Shown here: one piece after another, positions 37,501-50,580 of the stretch
Numbering within the stretch: position 1 is the first letter of the stretch
Layout: every line of letters begins with the position of its first letter
Origin: Mustelus asterias
Lineage: Eukaryota
Length of the DNA: 64,000 nucleotides
Direction of reading: 5' to 3'
Assembly: GCF_964213995.1 (NCBI RefSeq)
Contig: NC_135806.1
Location: forward strand, 93,186,001 to 93,250,000
Translations under genes and position numbers: made by a program
The notes under the pieces: generated by a model
The model's database searches: none
Told to the model about the DNA's origin: nothing
The model's input: only the letters and a program-made list of their open reading frames with translations

Positions 37501-40500
37501 TATTGACCAGAAAATGAAGAAAATAAATTCAAGTGAAGTCCTGCTGCACTTCTGAATATTTTGGCCATTACCAGCTCATCAGCCCCTAAACTTCCCTATA
37601 AATATCAGGGCTATAACGAGTTTTTAAAAAATCAGCTAACTCAACCAGGCAAACTCCAGTCTGCTGAAGTACAATGGCTATTATTCATGAGAATGGGTTA
37701 AATGGCCTTCAGATAAATTAATCTATCTGTCAACATGCTCCGTCTGCCACAGTGATCACTCCACCAAAGGAACATAAGTTCTGGCTTCACTGTTTTGTCA
37801 CTTGGATTAGCAACTCTGTATCAGGGAATTTAAGATTAGACTTTTCCTTTCTAAGGAATGGCATTGTGTCCTTGTTGTACAGGGAATATGTAGAATATTC
37901 AATGATCACTGCCTGAACTTCTTTGAACACTATATAGGCCCAGATCCTCCCATTTCTGGATAGTCCGAGGCCCAAAGTACCCCGGAAGATGAGCTGCAGA
38001 GCTCCTTGGAGTTCCCAGTGCAAGGACTCTGTGGGAATTTCCCGGAATGTTTGAATTCCCTTTGGGCAATTTCCTTGCTTCTCGGATCCTCTGCAAAGCT
38101 TTCAACACTGAGTCAGAGTGAGACTAAGCTCGGACTTACTTAGCTGGGTAGTTACCCAGAAAATGTTAGACAAGGAAAAGCCTTGTCTAACACCTGAATA
38201 AATATACAATTGACCTCCCAATCACTCATACTGACCATCCCAGCCATGTACCACCTGACTAGCCTCTGGCCTGACCCAACTAGGCCCCACCACCCAACTC
38301 CTTCCTGATCCATGACTCCGTACCAACCTGATTCCCATTTGACACAAACTATCCCCAACCCAAACTGACTCCCCATCAACCCACTTACCTACCTGCCACC
38401 CAACCCACCCATATCAACCACCCACTTCCTTGCCCACCTCAACTATCTACTACCGAGCCCAACTGCCACCTAACCAACCTGCCATCCTCCCCCCTTACCC
38501 ACTGACCTTACATTCTTTCTGTAGCTGTTTTTAAAGCAGCTTTGGGACAATTAAACTCTATTTATTGTGGAAGGCAAGTGTGCACATTTTAGTCTGAACA
38601 CGGTTGGATATGATTTCTGATCCTGATTGGAAGATATGGACCATAATTGAAAGGCTTCCAGGTCCAGATACAAATGAATTCCTACGTGTGGACCTGTTCA
38701 TTTATCAGCACCTGCCTCTAGTGGAGTTGAGGTTTGTTCAGATACCCTGGTTTGGAAAATGATACTTTAAGGGATCTATACATTGACTTGCGAATCAGTA
38801 TATATTTCTCAGGAGTTACTGAGTCACAAAGGATCAAAAATGTAGGTATATTACTGAATATCTTACGTGTGCTACAAATCCTTCTGGGAGTGATGACTGG
38901 TGCTTCCTTACTGAGATATTCACATTGAATTTAGAGATACAGTAATGAATCATGTAATCATGAAGAACTTGCAGCTCTGCCTTTCCAGTTGTATTGTTCA
39001 TCAGCTCTGGGAGTTCAGACCAATATTTACATTCAGTTTTGGAAATATGAAACCAATGTTCCAGACTTCCCAGGGGCAGGTTTAATGGATGAGCTGGGGG
39101 AAGAATATAGTGAGAGCAGAGAAGTTGGTTTCCCACCAGCGTGAAATGGGGGATTGCCTTTCCCACCAGAAGCCTGCATGAAACCATTTTGCATCCACTT
39201 AATTGAGTGCAGATGAAGTCCTGCCCAAGCGTTCCCCTCCACCCAATCATCCACACCACTAGCAGGTTTTAACGTCAGTCCAGACCACACGTCAAATATG
39301 ATACCAATATGTTAAGGGACGGGTGGCGTTGGGGTTTGAAGCTATTCAGCGCATCCTGCCATGCAAAGCATTGGGAAACCCCAGATTGCATAATAGTGTC
39401 ACACATGATACATGGTAATTCCCAGCAGCCTTCATGGCGGGAAACTCTCCTCCCCCCGACCATGGGATTTAGACCAGAATGGAAATTCCACCTTCAGTCA
39501 ATTCTTTGTGACACTCAATAACCTGGAGCAGTCAGGCATCTCTGCAGTCTGCCAGTTCTCTGGTAATGATTCACCAGGTCGCCTGGCTCACTAATGAAAC
39601 CTGAAAGGACAAACCTATTGCCTATGGAGCCTGGGACTCTTCCCGCTTTACCCCTGATAACACTGCAAGTCACTGTTGTAGGAATAGCATGCTTGAGTTG
39701 TACAAGGTTTCTGGTGGCCTGTTTTGTGTGGTTTTTATTGGTTAAGCTACAAAAGTACCCCTGTCCCTAAGCCATGGCCCAGTCAATGCACAACAAAATT
39801 CTCCAGCTTAATGTAAGAGGGTTACACACCAATGCAGTGGAGGAGTATCTATGCAGAATTAGAAAGACAGAAATACTTCCGGTGCAGGTTTCTTAGCTAT
39901 TTGCATTTGGAGACTCTTAAACATGAAGATGGCTTTCTGCACGTCTGGCACTCAAAACACAATTGTTCTCCATAGCTACAAATATTTGAGTTTCTAAAGG
40001 TGGTAGATGAATTTGAGTAACAGGCATGACTAAAGAGAATTTGAATTTTTGCGGTTTTCATATTAATTTTTATAATATGGGCATTCACTGCCAATCCCAT
40101 GAGCAGGTAGTGGTGAATCACTGCAGATAACAGTCTGATACCATGCCATTACATTTCTGAGTCACTACAGAGGATAGTTAAGATTAACCCATATGGTAGT
40201 TTGCAACTCGGATACATATAGGCTAGACGAGGTAAGAAAGTTTCCCCCTCGATGGTACTTAAATAAATCTCTTCTGCTTTTACGTCAGTCTGACAGCTTC
40301 ATGATTAATTTTACTGATTTTGTTTCCAGAATTTTCAGCTGAGCTTAAATTACATGTGAAATAAATCAAGAATCTGAAGCATCTGGCTTCAGCTCTAGAT
40401 CCAAGCCCATTATTCCAGTCTCTCTCTCTCTTCCCCCTCCTTGGCCTCTCTTATTTCCATGGTTTTAATTACAGACAGGATTATGTTCAACCAATTCCTC

Positions 40501-41730
40501 ACATTCCTCATCACCCACATACTTCCATCACATTAGAATCTCACCTCTATCCCAGAAAAAACACTCTTCAATCCCAATCGCTTAACCAATAGTCTTCCAT
40601 TCACCATCATATTTCTACATCCGTTAATTTGCTCCACCATTCCATCTGCTTCACCTTTGTTCCAAGACAACAAAACTTTATTCTCCAGCTATGCCTCATG
40701 TCTCATACACGGCACAACTGCAGAGTAAGAAATTAAGGCCCTCCTTAAAAACAATCCCTTTGTCAAGCTTTCAGTCATCCCTTCCAACATTTCCTTCTGA
40801 GTGGCAAGTGTTATTCTTAATTGTATCCTGGCTGAAGCACTTCGGATGTTTTCCTACATTAAAGCTCCCATCCATGAAAAAGTAAGGTTTGCTGTTCAAA
40901 TAGATGGAGGAGAGTTCCAACTTCAATTGCTGGAATTGAAAGGTGAGGGAATAAGTGCCAGCCTGAAGTGGGGGAGGGAAGGATATTCCAAGGTTTACCA
41001 AGGTGAGCGGGCGGATAAATGTAAATTGAATCGGGAAAGGGCCAGAGGAAGAAGAGGGCCAGATTTTTTAAATTCGTTCATAAGGTGTGGGCTTCACTGG
41101 CTAGGCCAGCAATTATTGCTCATCCATAATTGCCGAGAAGCTGGTGAAGAGCTGCCTTCTTGAACTGCTGCAGTCCATATTATGTAGGAACACCCACAGT
41201 GCTGTTAGGGATGGAGTTCCAGGATTTTGACCCAGCGGCAGTGAAGGAACAGTGATATATTTCCAAGTCAGATAGATTCTAGGATTTTGAATTTAGAATG
41301 AGTGGGAATGTGATTTGGAGGAAAAGTGTGCATCTGTGAAGGGGTGGTGAGCCATATCCCTTAATTCCCTAAGAGAACAAATATTTATCACTTAAATATT
41401 TTCAATAATGGTGCATCCACAACAACGTGGGTGGAGAATTTCAAAGATTCACAACTTTCTGAGTGAAAACAATTCTCCTCATCTCTATCCTAAATGCACC
41501 CTTATCCTGAGATTCTACTTCCAGCCAATGGAAAATATCTCTGCGTCCATTCTGTCAACTCCTTCAGGATCTTTAAAGTTTCAATGAGATCACTCCTTAT
41601 TCTGCTAAATTTAATAGAGTATGGGCCCAATTTACTCAATCTCATCATCGGCCAACCCTCTCATCCCAGGAACCAATCTAGTGAACCTTTGCTGTGGTGC
41701 CTCTACAGCAAGTATATCCTATCCTATCTT

Positions 41731-42092
41731 GGTGGCACAGTGGCACAATGGTTAACACTGCTGTCTCACAGTGCCAGAGACTCGAGTTCAATTCCAGCCT
41801 TGGGTGAGTGTGTGTGTGGAGTTTGCACATTCTCCCAGTGTCTGTGTGGGTTTCCTGCGGGTGCTCCAGTTTCCTCCCCCAGTCTGAAGATATACAAGTT
41901 ACGTGGATTGGCCATGCTAAAAAATTGCCCCTTAGTATCCAAAGACGTGTAGGTTAAGTGGACTAGCCATGGTAAATACATGGGGTTACAGGGATGGGGA
42001 GGAGGGGAGGGAATGGGTGGAATATTCTTTTGGAGAATCAGCGCAGACTCGAAGGGCGGGATGGCCTCTTTCTGCACTGTCGGGATCCTATG
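41731..42092 (+). mobile_element. tRNA-derived V-SINE (HE1-like) inserted in a CR1 remnant
   Basis: A box, B box GAGTTCAATTCC, V-domain and CR1-derived tail. It is flanked by minus-strand CR1 sequence (about 41390-41725 and 42095-42180). Confidence 0.88.
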
Positions 42093-42387
42093 GACTACCT
42101 AGATATGGAGTACTCCAAACATGGACTCACCAAAGCCTGATACAAATGTAGCAAGACTTCTTTATGCTTGTATTCCAATTTCCAACAGACCCCAGTTTGA
42201 GAACCATTGTTTAGAGAAGCAATGATCTACTTGGTCTATTGAAAATCCAAATGTCATCTTTAGTTTTTTGTTACATAAAAGTCTGTCGAGTGCTTAAAGA
42301 ATGCTTCATTTTAATGTAAGCACTCAATATTTAATAGGACAGCAATTTTGCACCATCAACATTTGGATCACAACCTTTAGACTTCCA

Positions 42388-43223
42388 TTTACTAATGTGT
42401 GGCCAAGTGGCATACGACTTAGCAACTAGGCCCGACAGAATTGGACAATCTAAATTTAAAAGCAGTCAAAAGCCTCCACAGCTAGGCCTGATGGGAATTC
42501 AGACAGGCCAAGTTTAAACACAGACACATGTCAGAGGTGAACAAAGGCAAGACTGCACTTACCCTGAAGGCTGGAACCAGAGGTGCTCAGCCCTGATCAA
42601 ATAAGGACAATATTTCTGTATTCCCCAGTTTCGGCCAGACTGTCTGGCACCTCAGATTCCCGCCATTACCTTAAATGGAAAGAGGCTACGTGCACCCCAT
42701 GTCCCTGAGGATGGACACCTAGGGGGCCCTAGCATCTTCCAAATATGGAATCAGCAATCACATTGGGTGCTGCCACCTCCACCCGGTAACCTCATTGGCT
42801 GGCAACCAGAGAACCTTCCAGAAGGACGCGAAGTGGGGGATAAGACGAGACACCTGGAAGCCACCCCCAGTGAAGAATCAACATGATCCCGGCGAAGACT
42901 CGACCTACAGTAAAGACAAGGCGGAGACCAATGATGACAGAAGAGGACGTATGAGACCAACCTTCGCGAAGAAGACCCCAAGTTCGAGAGAAGACAGAGC
43001 TCAGCAAATGGGACCCACCAGCTCAGTCAGTTTAATCAACATGGGTAGCATTAGAAAGCTCAGAGAGACGGAGCAAAAAGTATTACGTTATTGTGGGAAC
43101 TGAGAGTTGTTTCTGTAAAGAGTTTGTATAATAAGGATTTGTTAATAAAATTGGGTTAACTGTGAATCAACTTCTGTCCTTTGTCTCATGAGTAAGAGTA
43201 CCTGGGTAAATGAGTTTAGTACA
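42388..43223 (+). mobile_element. Possible solo LTR
   Basis: Near-inverted termini TTTACTAA...TTAGTACA, AATAAA at about 43144 and internal short direct repeats. No TSD was found. Confidence 0.3.
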
Positions 43224-44930
43224 AACTGGTTGAAGTTTCTAACTTCCAGACAACAAATGTTTTTCACCAATGGAAATTGAGAAGTTTGCGTATTTCTGCA
43301 GCATAAAGTACAAAACCCATGAAACTATTCGCTTCACACATCAAAGGCTTATAATTAGGGACATTTTCTAGTTCTCATCTTTTTTGACAAAATTGATCAG
43401 ATTTTGATCATTTGCTAAGTTAAAATATGTGTGACTAAAATGCAATCTTGCATTAGAAAGCAGGAGTTCAGGTCCCTTCTAAAATATTTGCATGAAAACA
43501 AATCTTTTATTAGTTTACACATAATTTCACATAAGTGTCACACCTTCTGCTTTGTAACAGGTTTCACAGTAACCTAGGGGTAACTCTGATGTGTATATTG
43601 CTCAGATGAAAGAAACAAATGTCACCAATTATTGGTGAAGAGCCATGGAACCTTTGCTTGCACGCCACTGAGGAGTGGTTTCAGAAGACTTTGACGGGCC
43701 ACGTGAGTCACTTCATCCCAAGAGTTGCTGTTTTCACAGATATTAAAAGTGGGATTCGCTGGATCCAAAACAAAAGGTCTGGAATGGAAACAAATAATAT
43801 TATCATTTACTTTTATTGGACTCTGAAAATCCTCAGACCAGCAATCTTGACATTTATACCAGGAACATTCAGTGCTGACCAGTGAACTTGTTCAGGTCAA
43901 GGGAAGGTCCTAGCTCACATACTGCTAGATTTAATGAAGTCGCTTTTGCAACTTGCCAAAGGGAGTTTTGAACTCACAATAAGAGCATAATAAATAAGAC
44001 CAGGAGTGGACTGTATGGCCTATCAAGACTGCTCCACCATGCAGTATGATCATAGATGATCTTGGGCTTCAATTCCACTTTACTGTCTGTTTCTTGATTC
44101 CCTGAGAGATCAATAATCTGTTTATCGCAGTCTTGAGGCATCCCCAACCTCTGGGGCACAGTATTCCAAGGATCCACAACCTTTTCAATGAAGAAATTTC
44201 TCCTTATCTTAATCTTAAATTATTGTTTCCTTATCCTGAAATTGTGCACCCTTGTCCTAGGTTTCTCATGCAGATGAGACAACCTTCCTGTATTTACCCT
44301 GTCAAGTCCTTTCATAATCCTGAATATTTCAATGAGATCACCTCTCACTTTTCTAAACTCCAGAGAATATTGACCCAATATGCTCAGCTGTTCCATCATT
44401 GGACAACCCTCTCATCCCAGGAACCAACATAGTGAGCTTTTGCTGTACTGTCTCCAATACAAATATATCCTTCCTTAAATACGGACACCAGATTTCACAG
44501 TATTGTGGCTGTGGTCTCACCAAAGACTTGTAGTAAGACTTCTTTATTCTTGTACTTCAAAAACCTTTGCAATAAAGGCCAACATGCCATTTACTTTCTT
44601 AATTACTTGCATGCTAATGTGTGTGTTCCTTGTACGAGAACAGTCAAATCTTTACGAATATCAACATTTACAAATTTAAAACTCTTAAAAATATATGCTG
44701 CATTTTTGTCCTTTTGACCTAAGTGGATAACATCATGCTTTGACACATTATATTTCATCTGCTATGTTGTTGCCCATTCGCTTAACCTGTCCATGTCTCT
44801 TTTACAGCCTTGTTGCTTCCTTCCCACAGTTTGCATTCCCACCAGCTTTGTATCGTTAACAAACTTAAATGCATTACTCTCCATTTCTTCATCTAGGTCA
44901 ATAACATAGATTGTAAATGGCTGAGGTCCC

Positions 44931-45193
44931 AGCACAGCGGCACAATGGTTAGCACTGCTGCCTCACAGCACCAGGGGTCCGGGTTCAATTCTCCGTGTCT
45001 GGGTGGGTTTCCTCCGGGTGCTCCGGTTTCCTCCCACACTCCAATCATGTGCGGGTTAGGTTGAGTGGCCATGCTAAATTGCCTCTTAGCGTCAGGGTGA
45101 CTAGTTGGGTAAACACGTGGGTTACGGGGATAGGGCCTGGATGGGATTGTTGTCTGTGCAGGCTCTTTCTGCACTGTAGGGGTTCTATGATTC
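44931..45193 (+). mobile_element. V-SINE (HE1-like), internally deleted
   Basis: A and B boxes, a partial V-domain and a TTCTATGATTC tail. Confidence 0.85.
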
Positions 45194-45892
45194 ACTGATC
45201 TTTGCAACACTCCACTATTCACAGCCTTGAAAATGGTCCCTTTATCCCTACTCTCTGCTTTCTGGACATTAACCAATCCTCTATCCGTGTCAATATATCA
45301 CCCCCAAATCCATGAGCCCTCATCTTGTGTATTATCCTTTTATGCAGCATCGTATCAAATGCCTTTTGGGGGAAATCGAAGTATTCTCTACCGGTTCCTC
45401 TTTACATCCTCAAAAAACCCAAATAAATTTGTCAAACAGGATTTCCCTTTCAGAAAACCATGTTAACTTGTTCTAGTCATATTATGCTTTGCTACATACA
45501 TTGTTAATATTTCCTTCATGATATATTCCAGCACTTCTCTGATGATTGATGTCAGGAAACAGTTCTGCAGTTCCCTGTTTTCTCTCTCCCTCTTTTCTTG
45601 CTAACATCCAACTTGCTGGGATGGCTCCAGAATCCAATGAATTTTGGAAAAATCATAGTTGGTACATCCACTGTCTCTGCAGCTATTTCTTTTAGAACCC
45701 TTGGATGTAGGCCACTAGGTCCTGAAGATTAATTGGATTTTAGGCCCCTGAGTTTCTCCAGTACTTTTTCTCTGCTGATAGTAATTATCTCAGTTCTTCA
45801 CTCTTCTTAACCCCTACGTTAGTCTCTATTACTCTCTATTTCTGGAATGTAACTTGTGTCTTTGACTGTGAAGATCTATACCTTTGCCATTT

Positions 45893-46252
45893 CATAGAAT
45901 CCATTAAGGATAGAATCATAGAATCCTACAGCGCAGAAAGAGGCCATTCGGCCCATCGAGTCTGCATCAACCACAATCCCACCCAGGCCCTATCCCCATA
46001 TCCCTACATATTTACCCACCAATCCCTCTAACCTATGCATCCCGGGACAGTAAGGGGCAATTTAGAATGGCCAATCAACCTAGCCTGCACATCTTTGGAC
46101 TGTGGGAGGAAACCAGAGCACCTGGAGGAAACCCACGCAGACACAGGGAGAATGTGCAAACTCCACACAGACAGTGACCCAAGCCGGGATTCGAACCCAG
46201 GTCCCTGGAGCTGTGAAGCAGCAGTGCTAACCACTGTGCCACCGTGCTGCCC
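45893..46252 (-). mobile_element. V-SINE (HE1-like), full length
   Basis: GGGCAGCACGGTGGCACAGTGG...GGGTTCGAATCCC, a V-domain and an (ATTCTATG) tail. CCATTTC is duplicated at both junctions. Confidence 0.92.
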
Positions 46253-46489
46253 ATTTCCTCATTCCTCATGATAATTTCTCCTGTCTCTGCTTCCAAGGGA
46301 CCAGCATTTATTTTAACTCCTTTCTTCTTTTTTATACATTTGTTATCTCTCTTACAATCTGTTTGTATGTTCCCGTCTAGTTCACTTTCATATTCTATTT
46401 TATTTTCCTTATCTACTTTTTGGCGACACTTTGCTGGTTTCGAGAATACTCCCAATCCTCAGACTTACTACTATTCTTTGCAAAATGAT

Positions 46490-47097
46490 GGGTGGGATTC
46501 TCCCCCAAGAATTCGAAGTGTTGAATTCGCGTAAAAACTGGAGTAAATACCGCTGGTTTATTCAGCGGGAGTTTCAAAATGAATCTCCCACACTCAGTGC
46601 ACTAAGAGTGCACTAGCGTGATTGACTCCAGGAATCAGTGGACGGGGCCTATTCCCACTGGGGAGGCTGGCAGCATAGCTCTGAGCTGGCCACTGTGCAT
46701 GTGCCAATCTGTCAGCACCGAGATTGGCTCATGCACAGTAACCCCATATTGCCGGCTAGCTCACGACTCCTGCATTGCCAGCAGTGACATCCCCTCCTCT
46801 GCCCCCCCCCCCCCCCCCCCCAACGACCCAATTGATGCCCAGGCCAGCCTCGACCCCGCACCCGCCCCCCCCCCTCAGCCCTGATCTCCAGATCCCCCCT
46901 GAGCCCCCGCAACCCCAACACCCTCCCCCCAAGCAGGGTATCCCCCCTCCCAACCCCTCCATCTCGATGGCCAGCCCCAATCGCTGGCCTCCCTCCCTCT
47001 GTCACTCAGCCCAAACGCAGAGTTGCAGCTGGACCCCCCACCCCCACTGATTGCCCCACAGAGGGGGGCAGCACAGCAGGATGGGAGAATCACCCCC
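46490..47097. mobile_element. Non-autonomous Harbinger-like DNA transposon
   Basis: TIRs GGGTGGGATTCTCCC ... GGGAGAATCACCCC with a C-rich interior. It is related to 53108-53482. Confidence 0.65.
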
Positions 47098-48499
47098 ATA
47101 CGTCTCTTCTGTTAATCTAATACTACCCTTAACCTTCTCTGTAAGCCACGGATGGATCTTTCTTGCTGAGGTTTTGATTTTCAATGGAATATATCTTTGT
47201 TGAACATTTGAATTGTTGCTTTAAATGTTTCCCATTATTTATTTGCTGCCATAACTTATAATCTATTGACCCAATCAATCTTAGCCGTTTCTCCACTCAT
47301 AGCTATGTAATTAGCTGGGTTGTTAGTCCATTACAATGAACACTTCATTATGGTCTCCCAAGGAACATTTGCTCAAACATCTGCCATTTGAATTTCAATA
47401 CACTGTGTTGTTGGTGCAGGTGCATCTGTAGCCATTTCATCTATGCAAAATAATTTGAGTAATGGTTTACAGACCAAAGATAATCTCACAAGATATTTAG
47501 TTTTATGTTTCTCTCCCTTCTGTTTCCCAGTCTCTGCTGAAGGTGTTACATTCTTGCTCTGCTTTGGATTCCTGGTTACCAGGAGCTCTCTGGCTTATTG
47601 CTCAATTGGATGTTCTTCACTGGTGAGCCTAGACAATGACTTTTGGTGCCTATTCAGAGAGTTTCACCGTCAAACCCAATCTATTCTCACTCAATATTCC
47701 CCACCATATATTTCCCCACCATGGTCACTAGATCATGACAAAGGGTAGAAATCTTTAGTGACGTTCTACTTCCTAGTCCATATACCAGGGCTCAAATACA
47801 ACGCTTCAATTTCTGCAGTGACCGAGATCCACTAACTCAGCATCAAGTATCAAATCTGTAACTTTCTGGTCTACAGGGTCCAGTGTAACATCAGGCAGTG
47901 TCTATATCTAAAAGGCCTCTTGGGCCAGCCTTAATAAACTGGTCATCTAAACACTGACAGGAGAAGCATGATGATGCAGAAGAAACTCAATGCAACTAAT
48001 TGTATCAATTCAATTAAGGCCACAGCAAATTTATGCTTTGGTTTTGTTAACTTATTCTTAGTTATTTACCTGCTTTGTTTCTGAAGAGCTTTCTTCACAA
48101 TGTGAGAGGTTTTATTATAGTGTTCAAACCAGATGATGAAAATATCAGTGCAATGTACCAGGAACTTCAGCACTGCTCGGAGGCCCTGGACAAAACTGAA
48201 AAATATGGGCTTTCCTGCCAACTGCCAGACATATATGGTAATCAGTTCCATGGCATAGGAAGGGGGAAGCCTCCGGAATCTATGAAAGAATATTAGATTA
48301 ATTCAGTAGTGACTACTTTGCCAATGTCAGGCTGGACAAGTCTTTATATTATAGCCTAAAAGGGCACTATTCCACCTAATACATCAGCACCTTAAGGTCA
48401 CTGATATTGAATTCAGATTGATTGCCAGGAATACATTCCAGATCAGCATCTCTTAACCAGAGATACATGTCAAAGCAACCTTAATCAAAGTCACTGATA

Positions 48500-49378
48500 T
48501 CCCACTCCTTGTAAGGACTCCAGCTCATTCTCCCAATTGCTTTGCCTCCGTTGCATCTGTTTCAATGATGGCACCTTGGAAGAAAACACTTCTGACATGT
48601 CTGCCTTTTTCCTCAACTGAGATTCCCCCCCACTGTGTTGTCAGCGCACTTCTGCCCTCACCCTCTCCCACTCTCCCAGAACTATGATTGGATCCCCTTT
48701 TCCATCTCACCAACTTCGACATTCAAAGGAACATTCTCTGCCATTTCCACCAACTCCAGCACGATGTCACCATAAAAGACATCTTCCCCTCACCCCCACT
48801 GTCAGCATTCTGCAGGGACCGTTCCCTCTTTGATACCCTAATCCACTCTTCTACCAATCCCAACTCCTCATCCCTTTCCGATGGCACCTTCCCTTGCAAT
48901 CACAGAAGGTGCAACACCTTCCCCTTTACCTTATTCTTCATTGTCCAAGGACAAAAGCAGATGAAGCAATGTTTCACTTGCAGCTCCTTCCATTTGGTCC
49001 ATTGTATTCTCTTCTCCCAATGTGGTCTCCTCTACATTGGAAAGACTAAATGCAGACTGGGTGGCCACTTTGCAGAACACCTTCCCTCAGTCTAAAAGCA
49101 TTACCCCAGCCTTCTGTTCACTTGCCATTTCAACTCAGCATCGTCCTCTCATGCCCACATGTCTGTCCTTGGCCTGTGACAATGCTCCAGTGACGCCCAA
49201 TGCAAACTGGAGGAACAACACCTCATCTTCCAATTTGGCCTGTATCAGCCTTCTGGACTCAACATTGAGTTCAACAACTTTAGACTATGAACCCTCCCCT
49301 CTATCTTGACCACTTTCTTTAAAATCCATTTTTTTTTGTCCCAGTTCAACACACCACTCCCCACCCCCAACTTCTTAT
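48500..49378 (+). mobile_element. Penelope-like element (second family), GIY-YIG remnant
   Basis: Reads GTFPCNHRRCNT...FTCSSFHLVHCILFSQCGLLYIGKTKCRLGGHFAEHL...LEEQHLIF. Confidence 0.8.
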
Positions 49379-50083
49379 TGGCCTCCTGAACTCTTCCTAT
49401 ATAAATACCAATTTCACCAAGATCCTATGGCTCATATCCTGTCCTTCACTAGGTCTTGTTCATTCATCAACCCTGTCCTTACTGGTCTCCACTTTTTCTC
49501 CGTTCCCAAGCACACAATCCTTGTTTTCATTTGCCAAACCCTCAGTAATTATACTTCATCATATCTCCATCAGCACTCCATCCAAATCTGTCCTACAGTT
49601 AACTGAAAGCAGGTTAAGGTGTAAATTGAGCTTAGTAGCTTTTAAATCTTCTCGCCAAATTTCAAGGCTGAGTGGAGAATATTTGCACTGGAAACAGTAC
49701 TGATCATCTTTATGTCTAGATGTTATAATGAAGTCATATTCCTTCCTGTTACAATACCTCAAACAAGTTTCCTTTCATTAAATGTTTGGAATAATTTATT
49801 AAATAGCTTTAGACAACTAGATTTTGAAATTAATTCAAGAGATGTGGGAGTCATTGGCTAGGCCAGTATTTATTGCGAATTGCCCTTGAGAAGGTGGTGA
49901 TGAGACACCTTCTTGAACCGCTACAGTCTATGTGGTGCAGGTGCACCCACAGTGCTGTTAAGGAGGAGTTCCAGTGACAGTGAAGGAACAGTGATATATT
50001 TCCAAATCAGGATGGTGAGTGGCTTGGAGGAGAACTTCCAGGTGATGGTGTTCCCATGTGTCTGCTGCCCTTGTCATTCTAGA

Positions 50084-50580
50084 TGGCCTCCTGAACTCCT
50101 ACAGTTAACTGAAAGCAGGTTAAGGTGTAAATTGAGCTTAGTAGCTTTTAAATCTTCTCGCCAAATTTCAAGGCTGAGTGGAGAATATTTGCACTGGAAA
50201 CAGTACTGATCATCTTTATGTCTAGATGTTATAATGAAGTCATATTCCTTCCTGTTACAATACCTCAAACAAGTTTCCTTTCATTAAATGTTTGGAATAA
50301 TTTATTAAATAGCTTTAGACAACTAGATTTTGAAATTAATTCAAGAGATGTGGGAGTCATTGGCTAGGCCAGTATTTATTGCGAATTGCCCTTGATATGA
50401 TGAAGTATAATTACTGAGGGTTTGGCAAATGAAAACAAGGATTGTGTGCTTGGGAACGGAGAAAAAGTGGAGACCAGTAAGGACAGGGTTGATGAATGAA
50501 CAAGACCTAGTGAAGGACAGGATATGAGCCATAGGATCTTGGTGAAATTGGTATTTATATAGGAAGAGTTCAGGAGGCCA
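50084..50580. repeat. Locally templated mosaic insertion (direct and inverted copies of 49379-49889)
   Basis: 50084-50098 copies 49379-49393. 50097-50395 is a direct copy of 49591-49889. 50394-50580 is the reverse complement of 49379-49565. It sits inside a LINE remnant (49838-50083 resumes at 50581). Confidence 0.92.

Larger units (their letters stand above)
43975..47310 (-). mobile_element. Long decayed CR1 LINE with nested SINEs and a MITE
   Basis: The CR1 3' UTR is at 43975. Degenerate RT (HGFLKGKSCLTNL at about 45420-45465) and upstream ORF2 continue to about 47300, interrupted at 44931, 45893 and 46490. Confidence 0.7.

Noticed and set aside
46712-47099. Pro- and Gly-rich ORFs
   Set aside because: They are by-products of C-runs inside a non-autonomous DNA transposon.
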